Origin: Mobula birostris
Lineage: Eukaryota
Length of the DNA stretch: 64,000 nucleotides
Assembly: GCF_030028105.1 (NCBI RefSeq)
Contig: NC_092380.1
Location: 98,881,899 to 98,945,898 of the forward strand
Direction: 5' to 3'
Both the position numbers and the translations under genes were made by a program. The notes beneath the pieces were generated by a model. It was not told the origin of the DNA and did not search any database. It was given only the letters and a program-made list of their open reading frames with translations. Below are positions 1 to 10,900 of the stretch, piece by piece (position 1 is the first letter of the stretch; each line of letters starts with the position of its first letter).

Positions 1-1950
1 AGTGTTGATTGTCAGCGAAGAGGAGATGTTATCAACAATCTGCACAGATTGTGGTCTCCCAGTTAAGAAGTCGAGGATCCAATTGCAGAGGGAGGTACAG
101 AGGCCCAGGTTCTGTAACTTCTCAATCAGGATTGTGGGAATGATGGTGTTAAATGCTGAGCTATAGTCGATGAACAGTATCCTGACGTAGGTGTTTGTGT
201 TGTCCAGGTGGTTTAAGGTCGTGTGAAGAACCATTGAGATTGCATTTGCCATTGACCTATTGCTGAGGCAGGAGTTCAGTCTAGTCATGACCAACCTCTC
301 AAAGCATTTTATCAGTGTAGGTGTGAGTGCTACTGGTCGATAGTCATGAAGGCAGTTCACATTATTCTTCTTAGGCACTGGTATAATTGTTGCCTTCTTG
401 AAGCAAGTGGGAACTTCTGCCCGTAGCAGTGAGAGGTTGAAAATATCCTTGAATACTCCTGCCAGTTAGTTGGCACAAGTTTTCAGAGCCAGGTACTCCA
501 TTGGGACCTTCCACCTTGTGAGGGTTCACCCACTTTAAAGACAGCCTAACATCAGCCTCTGAGACAGAGATCACAGGGTCACCAGATGCAGCAGGGATCT
601 TCACAGCTGTAGTTATATTCTCCCTTTCAAAGCCGGCGTAGAAGGTGTTGAGCTCATCTGGTAGTGAAGCAGCGCTGCCATTCATGCTACTGGGTTTCAC
701 ATTGTAGGAAATAATGTCTTGCAGACCCTGCCAGAGTTGTCATACATCCGATGTCGCCTCCAACCTCGTTCAAAATTGTCTCTTCGTCCTTGAAATAGTC
801 CTCTGCAAATCATACCTGGCTTTTTGGTACAGACCTGGGTCGCCAGACTTAAATGCCACAGACTTAGCCTTCAGCAGGTGACGTACCTCCTGGTTCATCC
901 ACGGCTTTTGGTTTGGGAATGTACAGTAAGTCTTTGCAGGCACACACTCATCCACACAGGTTTCAATGAAGTCAGTAACAACTGCAGCATACTCATCCAG
1001 ATTCAAAGATGAATCCCTGAATACAGTCCAGTCCACGGATTCAAAGCAGACCTGTAGGTGCTCCTGTGCTTCTCTTGTCCGTACCTTCTTGGTCCTCATC
1101 ACTGGTGCTACAGCCTTCAGTCTCTGCCTATACTCAGGGAGTAGAGGTACAGCCAGGGGATCAGACTTCCCAAAGTGAGGGCATGGAATAGCAGGGTAGG
1201 CATTTTTGATGGTGGTGTAACGTTGGTCCAGTGTGTTGTTTCCTCTGGTATTGCAAGTGATCTGTTGATGGTAATTGCATAGTGATTTTTTCAGACTGGC
1301 CTGGTTAAAATCCCCTAAAACAACGGTGAAGGCATCGGGGTGTGCTGTTTTGTGCATGTTGATCCCATTGCTCAGACTATCTAAAGCCTGCTTGACATTG
1401 GCCTGAGTGGCCGGCTGGTGGCGCAGTGGCATCAGCTCCGGACTTCGGAGTGAAGGCTCCCAAGTTCGAATCCAAGCCGGGCCACCCCCCGGTATGCTTT
1501 CCACCCGTGCTGGGTTGACCGTCAAGCTAGCCACTCGGCCTCGTAAAAAACAAGGGTCGAGTCAGGAACATTCATATTGTGACATGGTTCATCCGAAAGG
1601 AAACCAATCCTGACACTACGTGCCAGACAAGAATGGCTGACTGTCTGGTGCGACACCTAGGAAGGACTGGCCTGAGGTGGAATGTAAACTGCTACCAAAA
1701 TGACCCCAGAGAACTCTCATGGTAGGTAAAATGGACGGCACTTAATTGCTAGATATTCCAGGTCTGGTGAGCAGAATTGGGACAGCACTGATACATTGGT
1801 GCATCAAGAAGAATTGATCATAAGGCATATTCCTCCACCTCTGTTTTTGAGAGACTCTATAGATCTATCCTGACGGTGTATAATAAACCTGTCAATCTGA
1901 ATCGCTGCATCTGGTACAGAAGGGGTTAACCAGGATTCCATGAAACAAGA
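1..1950 (-). mobile_element. Rex1/Babar-type LINE, degraded (APE endonuclease into RT), interrupted by a SINE
   Basis: Translated motifs CFMESWL, RGGGICLMIN, VYIPPQANVK, VLGDFNQASL, TRGNNTLD, GKSD, FPNQKPWMN, LPDELNTFY; frameshifts and stops. Confidence 0.88.
1408..1667 (+). mobile_element. tRNA-derived SINE with 9-bp target site duplication
   Basis: A box TGGCGCAGTGG and B box GTTCGAATCC; TSD TGGCCTGAG at 1399-1407 and 1668-1676; removing the insert restores the host LINE motif VYIPPQANVK. Confidence 0.85.
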
Positions 1951-2539
1951 CAAAGGACTGTTTATTCCCATCCATAGATGCTGCCTGACCTGTTGAGCTC
2001 CTCCAGCACATTGTGTATATTGCCCATTGTTTGGTGGTTGGGGTTAAGAGGAGGGAGGGAAGAGATTTATATTTTAGGCTTACGCATCTTAAAATTCCTG
2101 AAGCTGGGAACACCTTAAATAGTTGAGATTTACATAATGTTCATGAATTATGGAATTGATGCATCATCACAGGTGCAGTTTTACAAAGTAAGAAACAATC
2201 AATAATAATCTGATCTCAGAAAGACATGATCCAGACATCATGCTATGCAATAAATTGTGACATTAATGCAGCTGAATAAATGGCAAGAAAGTGATGTAAA
2301 TGTAATTAAATGTAAAGAGATAATTCTCTATTGATTATTGATTAGTCAAAATCCAAATTTCCAGCTGCTTTCAATTGACCACAGAAACATATGTTAACAA
2401 ATTACCAAAATGACAAAAAATTAGGTATAACGCTGTGGCCCGTCACTTCCACAAGGAGAGCACACGGTCAATAGATGAATTGCACGGTGGTACCATGGTA
2501 GCATCAGACATACTGCACGAAAATGTCAGCACACTGTAG

Positions 2540-2830
2540 TCGGCCCTCCATACTCATCCCTTCCATGGACTTATCCAAACTTTTCTTAAAAGTTGAAATT
2601 GAACCCGAATCCATCAACTTCTGTTGGCAGCTGGTTACACACTCTCAACATGTGGAGTGAAGAAGTTTTCCTTAAACATTTTATCTTTCACCTTTAACCC
2701 ATGACTTCTAGTTCTAATCTCACCCAACCTTAGTGGGAAGCTTGCTTGCATTTGCCTTATCCACGCCACTCATACTTTTTTTTATACCTCTATCAAATCT
2801 CTCCTCATTCTCCTACTCTCCAGAGAATAA
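2540..2830 (-). mobile_element. CR1 LINE 3' fragment
   Basis: Similar to the CR1 3' ends at 44870-45200, 55495-55915 and 57900-58730. Confidence 0.7.
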
Positions 2831-4064
2831 AGATGACTGAAACAACTCAATATCGAACAGTGAACCACAAAGGAGATCATTGTTGCACAAAGATATTAAT
2901 GACAACAGCAGTCCTGTTTAAACAGCTGTCCACCGCATTTACAAAGTACCCTTCATGACTTACTAAGGTTTCATTGATAGCAATTTCTAAACTCTTGATA
3001 ATTACCAACAAGGACAAGAGCAGCTGATGTATGGGAGCACCACCACTGGCGAGGTCCCCTCCAACTAACACAATCTGCTGATAAATCAGCATTTCTCTCT
3101 TACTACCAACTCAAATCCTGAACACCTTAACCAACAGTTTAGTGAGAGTATCATCACTTGAAAGACTGCAGCAATTCAAGAAGGTGACCCCCTACTTCTC
3201 TCGAATAATTAAGGATAGGAATAAACATTAACCACGCCAGCAAATCACATTCCAAAAACAAAATAAGAAATATCACTCCCAATATAATCCACTGAAATGT
3301 CAACCTAACTAGATGTTAAATCAAGGAAGGGACATGAACATTCAATAGTCCCTCTGTCAGTCATGTATGAAGAATAATAACTATTACTTTTATCATGCTG
3401 TATACCAAAAGTTAATGTAAATTAAAATATAGTCAGCATCGTTTTAAATCCAACTCTCCTCCTCAGCTACCTAATGTTTTTTTTTAAAACAGGTTCATAC
3501 ATCAGCACCTGTGTCTGTCTACGGGAGTAATCTATTTGCTAGCTTGTGGGTTAAACTGCTTTCAACAAGGACTGGAAAGTAAGCCATGAATCTTCATTTC
3601 CGTGGTAATTTGCTGTCATTAACCGTTGGGAAAGGTATTATCCTGGATAATGGAAGTTCCATATGCAGCGCAGAAGCAGTGGGAAAGTGACTACTCTTGC
3701 ACTGTTATCGTAACACGTCTCCATTCACGTTTTAATGGCCTTTGTACCAGAACAAATGTTATTCCTGTCAACTGCCAGCTTGTGCTCCTCCCCCTCCTCC
3801 CATCATTTCAATCTGCTTTCTGCCCTCTTCCTTCCCCATCTCAGCTTGAAACAGTGACTGTTCATCTGCCTCCATAGATGCAGTCTGATCTGCTGAGTTC
3901 TTCCAACATTCTGTTGTTATCAGTCTCTTGAACTGAGCTCTTCTATGATAAAATGGACTCTCGTCCTCATAATCTACCTCATTATCATCTTGTCCTTTAT
4001 TGTTTACCTACAAATCACTTTCTTCTGTAGTTTATACCCTTTATTCTGCACTTTTATTTTTGTT

Positions 4065-4312
4065 TAGAGATACAGTACAGGAACAGGCCCTTTTGACCCA
4101 ACAAGCCCACTCCACCCAATTACACCCATCTGAACAACAACTAACCTACTAAACTATGTGTCTTTGGAAAGTGGGAGGAAACGGGAGCACCCACAGGAAA
4201 CCCATGTGGTCATGGGGAGAACGTGCAAACTCCTTACAGACTGTGGCGGAAGTGAACTCGGATCTATGGTGCTGTAATAGTGTTATGCTAGCCCCTATGC
4301 TGCCATGATACC
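4065..4312 (-). mobile_element. V-SINE-type tRNA SINE inserted in a LINE 3' tail (~3920-4445)
   Basis: V-domain-like GGAGTTTGCACGTTCTCCCCATGACC..TGGGTTTCC..GGGTGCTCCCGTTTCCTCCCAC on the minus strand. Confidence 0.75.
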
Positions 4313-5218
4313 TTAAACTATTATTTAGCATTGTTACCATTTTTTTTTACCTTGTTCTACTTCATTGGACTGTGTAACGATTTTCGTCGTTATGAACAGT
4401 ATGTAAGACTGTATTGTACATGTGACAACAATAAACTTATTCCAATAGCACTTTTTCATGTGTTTTGTTCTCCCGTGCCTCCCTCCTTGCCCCAGTTTCT
4501 TTAAGCCACATCCATCTGGCACCCATTACCTCAGTCACGCAAGTGACACCATCTCTTCCTTTAAGCAGTCCCAATAATATTGCTGAATTCATGTCAATGT
4601 TCCTCCTCAGCTAACCTGTCCCTCTTTTAGCTTTAGCGTTTGATATATACTGTAAACTATTATCCGCAAGACTATGCGTTGGAATTCTTTTGAAATTACT
4701 TCCTCTCCAAGTCAAATAAAAGCATTTTCACAGTGATTTATCACTAAATAAGCCACGTTACAGCAACACTCTTAGGAATTCTATGGTCTAATACAGTTTC
4801 TTGTTTAGTCTGGGGCACACTGCTGAACTGTTGATCCTTCATTGCTGCAAGAATTTTGACTGCCTAATACTTGAAACCGCAAAATAATGGTACTGAATTT
4901 GTTTATTTACCCAGTGCGCAGTTTTCATTAAAGCAACAGTTACAAATTACACCTCTTGAAGATTCTTCCAGAAATCTCTGGGGAAGATTCTAAACAGCAG
5001 CAGTGGAATATTAAAAAAGCACTCCTAACAATTGGCTTTTTATTCCTTCCTTCAGAAAACTTAGCAAACACAATGAAAGACCAATCTACGTGGTTATTGA
5101 ACAACTCTTGCAACTAATAAATTACCTCATTAAGAAACAAATAGACAGCATTTCACTCTGGAAAATAACAGTACACAGACAATAGACAAATCAGTTCATG
5201 TTAAATAAATAGTCCCAC

Positions 5219-5416
5219 CTCATTCATTTCTGTAAATGAATACAGAGTTAGATGCTCTTCTGAAAGGCTGTAACTTCCATTGTACTGCTCAGAAGAATAG
5301 AGCCTGCTGCTGGGATCTGATTTCTGAGTGGTCCTTCTGTGCACTGAGGGGTAATGGTTCAGGCTGGGCCAGGGCAGCATACTGGCAGGGCTACTAGCGG
5401 AGCTTACGAAGGACAT
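5219..5416 (-). CDS. Candidate alternative first coding exon of a short NAV2 isoform (66 codons)
   Basis: ATG-started Ser/Pro-rich ORF in non-repetitive sequence, in-frame TAA upstream, phase-0 donor GAG|gtggga; no homology confirmed. Confidence 0.35.
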
Positions 5417-6149
5417 TTCAGTTCCACCTGGTAGCTTAACACCAAAGAGTTAACTGAAAGCACATCGTACTAAAGAATTCATGCTGCTTGTAACATCATC
5501 TCTAGTAGGTCTAACCAAAGAGTTCCAGCTTCAGTCTGAAGAGCTTGTTGTGGAATGATTTCTTAAAGTTACTGAAAACTTCACTCACAAAAATCCCACT
5601 CGGATTGCTCTCCTCCAAGTTATACAGGAGTGTTCTGTTCTCCTGACAGGCTCCCTTCAGAATCAGGTGAGTTGAAATTTCACAACCTCCTTCTCTGTAA
5701 CTCTCCCTTAGTAGGTGCACCCCAACCCAGCCCCCCTCTGTATCCAAACACACACAGACAAAAAGGTTCCGATTTAAACAGACAGGGCTCCAGGCATTGT
5801 CAAATTCCTTCAGGCAGAACCCAGAGGATCAAATATACAAAAACAGCACCAGGATGCGGGTGATAGGAAGCACTCTCTAACCTCTCTGGTAACACAAAAC
5901 AGTTTCACAGATGCTGGCAAAGCAATGATTTAAACTTGGCAATTAAAACCTATCAATCATTATGCTAACAATTTACCACCGGGGACTTAAGGCCATTTAC
6001 CAGTTAAACACACAAATTTATGACCTTATTCACAAGTGAAAGTAAGAAAAAAAACATTAAGCAGTCTCACTAAAGAATTTGGCCAATGTAAGTTCACAGC
6101 ACAAAATCAAGTCCTTCAGTCCAATGAGTCTGTGATGATCATCGGCACC

Positions 6150-6390
6150 AATTTCCATCAATCTTAGGCTCATCCTATTTAATTCTCCCTACATTCTCTT
6201 CAATTACCCCCAATTCTAACTCACCCACACAACAAGAACAATTTACAGTGGCCAAATTAATTGATCAAGCCACATATCCGTGAGATGTGCGAGAAAACCA
6301 GAGTACACAGGGAAAGCCATGCAGTGAGAGGGAGAATGTGCATGCACACCAGACAGCAGGAGAGAACGCAGGTTGCTGGACCTGTGAGAC
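6150..6390 (-). mobile_element. Degraded V-SINE
   Basis: Similar to the V-SINE copies at 14080 and 38020. Confidence 0.55.
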
Positions 6391-6402
6391 AAGACCAACG
6401 AA

Positions 6403-6708
6403 GAACCTCTAACCAGTGTCTCAGACATGGAGATGAGAGAACTTTCCGAGGTCTGCTAATTAAGCAGCTCACCATTTCAACCATTATTGGAATGAAGCCA
6501 AATTAATTAGATATTTCTAATGTTACACAGAGACCAAGAGAGAACCCTTGTGAAGCAAAACCATTGTGTGGACTCCAATGAGACTTCAGCATCTCTAGCC
6601 AGTCCTTCAGAGCTGGAGATGAGAGGACTTCCCTTTGTTTGCTAATGAACAGGCTCACCATTTCAACTATTAGTGGAATGAAGCCAAATTAATTTGAAAT
6701 GTTTAAAT
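6403..6708. repeat. Diverged direct duplication, ~115-bp units offset by 186 bp
   Basis: GGAGATGAGAG..GCTAAT..GCTCACCATTTCAAC..GGAATGAAGCCAAATTAATT occurs at ~6429-6508 and ~6615-6694. Confidence 0.8.
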
Positions 6709-7659
6709 TACATGATTTTGGTTGTAGTTTGTCTTTTGAGAAGGAAAACAAAGCCCTGCCATTTAGGGGGATTGAATTCTTCCAGGATGCTTTTTCACAT
6801 GTCTGCGAGATGTGGGAGAAAACCCTTTGTTATCCTCTTATCTAAGTCATCTTTCTAAAACAGACATAAACTTAATTAGTTTTAATACTTGGCTAAGACT
6901 CGAACTAACTTCTTGCACATTAGACAAAACAATCTAATAATTATCTTAATCTTGTCAGAAATGGAGGCAGTTTGCAAAATAGCAGACAAAAGAAAAGGTT
7001 AGCAAGTATCTCTGAAAATATGACAATTCCAATTAAATTGTAACACAATGCGAAATGTCTGTAATTGGTGTTTTTTGATGTGAAACAGCATGCTTGGCTT
7101 CACTTAACACCAGCACAGGTGGGAACAGACAATTCCTGAAGCTATGGTGGAGGAAGCCAGAAATTGAAACCTGGAATACTATATTTGCACAGCTGCTAAT
7201 TCAGATATACTAAATCATTCACAAATTTCTTAACCTCTGACGGACGCAGTTGCCCTTTGACTTATGGAAGCACATGAATAGCAATTCTTTCCAGTAAAAC
7301 AGATTCAATGGTGAGCAGCATGTTCTAATTGTCACTTTTTTCCTCAGCAGGTAATGTTTTTTTTTGGTCTGTCAAGAAATTCAATTAACTTTGTTGACAT
7401 TTCTCTGGCAAAAGCTTGGTCACAGAAATGGAATGAGGTGTAAAATGGGTTTTTAATTAATCTGGAAGATGACCTCTGCTGGTTTGACACTCTTAGTGTT
7501 AAATTGGAAATAAAATATAGCCCTTTGTTTGCTCATCCAGAAAGGACGATTCATTTGGAGGTCCAGAATGACAATGAGCTTGAGGAGCAAGGGTAACTTA
7601 CTATAGAGCCTCATGACACATATGCATTAGTTATGATCTGAGCATGCTTACAGATTTTT

Positions 7660-8140
7660 ACATAGTCATACAACAGGCTTTTCAAGCCTAGTGTGTCCAT
7701 GTGGCATCAAATACCTCTCCGTACTCATCCCATTTCCCCACACTCACAGCCTTCTATGCCAAGATGCTTCATTCATTTAAATAAGTGCTACATGAGTATC
7801 TGCACCTACCACATCCTCAGTGTGTTTCAGACTTCAAATTATGCTCTGAAAAATGTCTCCTTCAATTCTTCTCTAAATCTCTTCACTCTTACTTTAAAAT
7901 GTATGCCTTCTGAGTCAAGATGTCATTTCTGCTATGACAAAAAGTGGCACATTTTCTGCACAATTAGGGCCTGATTTAGGTCTCTGCTCAGCCTTCTGGA
8001 CTCTAAGGAAAATAAACCTGCTATATCCAGGTTTCCTCATGACTGAAATGTTCTATCCCAGGTAACAGCCCGATGAATCTCCTCTGCAATGTGAAAAACA
8101 CCTACCCCAATAATGCTGTGACCTGAACTGTGACCATATT
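7660..8140 (-). mobile_element. Old CR1 LINE 3' fragment
   Basis: Degenerate similarity to the other CR1 3' ends in the window. Confidence 0.5.
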
Positions 8141-8435
8141 CTTGCTTTATACCAGACAAAAGTTCCGGACTTAAAACCTGGTCTGTCCACTTCCTTCCAG
8201 AGATGCTGTCTCACCTGCTGAATGCTTTGAGTTTCTCTGGATTCCGGTATTTGTGTTCCCCTGTGTTGCCACTGTACCATTGTACAATGCCATGGTTAAT
8301 GAGAGTGGGTTTGACATATGGGGTTAAGAAATCATACTTCAACCTGTTGTTGTCTTCACAGATGCTTGGTTATGCCACCCAGATCCATCTGTTCTTCAAT
8401 ACTTTTGGGGTTCTAGGTCTCATTATATCTCTCCC

Positions 8436-8560
8436 ATGTCTCGGCCCAAAACGTCAACTGTACTCTTTAATATTGATGTTGCTTGGTCTGCTGAGTTCCT
8501 CCAGCATTTTGCGTGTGTTGCTCGGATTTCCAGCATCTGCAAATTTTCTTGAGTTTGTGA
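8436..8560 (+). mobile_element. Penelope-like element terminal fragment
   Basis: GTCTCGGCCCAAAACGTCAACTG..CTGCTGAGTTCCTCCAGCATTTTG..CCAGCATCTGCA; multi-copy in the window. Confidence 0.65.
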
Positions 8561-10004
8561 CTGGATTATATCTCTCCTAGCTTTATTTGTCTGCCCAAAA
8601 GTCATCACCTGCTGTTTGCTAGTATTAAATTCTATTTGCCGACTGCTCTATTCTTCTCACCAGCTCAGCAATATTGTTCAATAGCTGAAGACCACCTTAT
8701 TCATTATCAATAATATGACCAATTTTCATGTCAATTGCAAATAATTTATTATAACCTTCCTCACGCACATCCTTATTGTGACATTATATAGCTGACATCA
8801 AATGTTTATATGGAAAATATCAGGCATGGAAATGCATCTCACTGAAATTAACACAACACAATCTTGTGAGCAAACAGTCAGCCTTATTCAGAGAGTGAAC
8901 TACGAACTAGAGGGCAGACTGCTACCTCTGAGATGAGAATAATGGTTCAATGGATCCATTTAATATCGGGGAATGTACACAGTATACAACCTGAAATTCT
9001 TATTCTTCCCAGACATCCACTCAGAAGCCGCTGCAAAGCACCAACTCTCCCCCTCCCCCACCTGCCTCAGCAACAGAAAGCCCCCGCACCACCCACCATG
9101 CAAACAGTAGCAAAGCCCCAAAGAGACCATGATCTAGAGTCCATTAAAAAAAACACTGTCCATCCCAACACTTTGCCATCCCACAGGCTCTCTCTCCCTC
9201 TCACTAATGAGGGAGGGAGGGGTATCACTCCAAGTTATTGTTAGCCAAGTTATGCAAACCAAACTTGCCATGAAATTGTTTTTGAACCAAATAATCGGAT
9301 AAAACAGTCAATAATAGAAGGGAACAGATATTGGCGCAATTTTTTTTTGGCAAGAATCAACACATTTTGTCCTGATTCAGACACTGATATTATAATGCTG
9401 CTTTGTAACCAAGTCAAAAGTTGTTATCATTCATCTTAGTGTCTCCCGTACTTTTTAAACATTAGATACCAAACATGTTATATTGGCAAGCACTTTGTAC
9501 CGTGACTTACGATAATAAATGAACTCAAAACCAACATGTCCCGTGGAAGGAAAACAACATTCGCTGGTTTAACTGGTTTGAATTAGTCTTCTTGTGCAGA
9601 TAGATATGCAATTTGAAAGACAGATATCATCAACATAAGAAACCACTGAACATCCTGGCAGAGCAAATCTCTTTACTCATAACAATTCCCGCATGATTTT
9701 TCAACCCCTGACATTCTGCTTTCAAAAGCTGAGTCACACTAGGCATGACTCCAAGAATGACTCAGCGCTCCAGGGCTTTAGCCTGGTGTCCACATATCCC
9801 TGTCGGTCTGAATGGTGGATATCAAGAAATATTTGGCTGTGGCAACTATCAAAGTATGCAGCCAATTCTGATCTCACCCCCAAGGTGTGTTCAAAAGCAA
9901 CATCAGCAGAGTGAATAGCAGCCAAAGCCAAATTATTTTCTCCTCCTCTTCCTCAGAATTCTGACATTAACAAGTTATTGTGCTCAGTGCTGCATATCTC
10001 AGCT

Positions 10005-10527
10005 TATACCCAAGGGCCACTTTATTTGGTACACCTGCTCGTTACTGTAAATATCTAAACAGTCAATCATGTGGCAGCAATTCAATACATAAAAGCATGC
10101 AGACATGGTCAAGAGGTTTAGTTGTTGTTCAGCCCAAACATGAGAATAAGGAAGCAGTGCAATCTAAGTGACTGTGACAGTGGAATGATTGTCGGTGCCA
10201 GACAGGGTGACTTGAGTATCTCAGAAACTGCTGATTTCCTGGGATTTTCATGCACAACTGTCTCTTGAGTTTACAGAGAATGGTGCGAGAAATTAAAAAG
10301 AACCAGTGAGTGGCAGTTCTGTGGGCAATCACCTTGAGAGAGATCAGAGCAGAATGGCCAGTCTGGTTCAGCTGACAGAAAAGGCGACAATAACTCAAAT
10401 AGCCACACATTACAACAGTGGTCTGAAGAAGAGAATTTCTGAATGCACAGCACGCTGTACCTTGACGTGGATGGGCTACAGCAGGAGAAGACCACAAACA
10501 TACACTTAGTGGCCATTTTACTAGGTA
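10005..10527 (+). mobile_element. Non-autonomous Tc1/mariner derivative (paired-type DNA-binding region only)
   Basis: Terminus GGCCACTTT..GGTACACC; degraded ..GMIVGAR..LSISETADFLGFS..MASLVQ..KATITQIATHYNSG..ISECTARCTLTWMGYSRRRP; second copy at 60602. Confidence 0.8.
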
Positions 10528-10530
10528 ACT

Positions 10531-10900
10531 AGGGTGGAGATATGTCTCTACCAAAGGAGGTGTATAGTTCTCCTTCCCTCCGCTAGCCTACAGGTCACCC
10601 TTAGGCAACGTGTAGCACCTGCCTAGCCCCCAGATAAGGGTCACATGAAGCCACAGGAGCAGGTGGTGGATGGTCCTATGAGCAGCTGGTACATATCACA
10701 AGTCCTGGTTATGCGACAACTGATGCCAGGCAGACAATCTCTGAAAAATATTGATCATGGCTGGGGTCACCCGTCTTGTAAAGACACCGCCCAAAAGAAG
10801 GCAATGGCAAACCACTTCTCTAGAAATATTTGCCAAGAACAATCATGGTCAAGAGACCATGATCACGCATGTCATACAACATGGTGCATAATAATGATGG
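10531..10900 (+). mobile_element. Short non-autonomous retroposon with RTE/BovB-like 3' region
   Basis: GAAGGCAATGGCAAACCAC motif and (ATG/ATA)-type tail; related copies at 35457-35755 and 62757-63107. Confidence 0.65.

Noticed and set aside
1408-1485. Functional tRNA gene
   Set aside because: The anticodon and T stems do not pair properly, and it is the head of a TSD-flanked SINE.
770-1534. 254-aa ORF as a novel protein
   Set aside because: A chance fusion of SINE antisense sequence with a decayed Rex1 LINE ORF.
9734-9931. ORF containing VAFEHTLG as the next NAV2 exon (AHLVAAFEQSLG)
   Set aside because: Similarity does not extend on either side and no matching splice sites were found; the real exon probably lies beyond the window.
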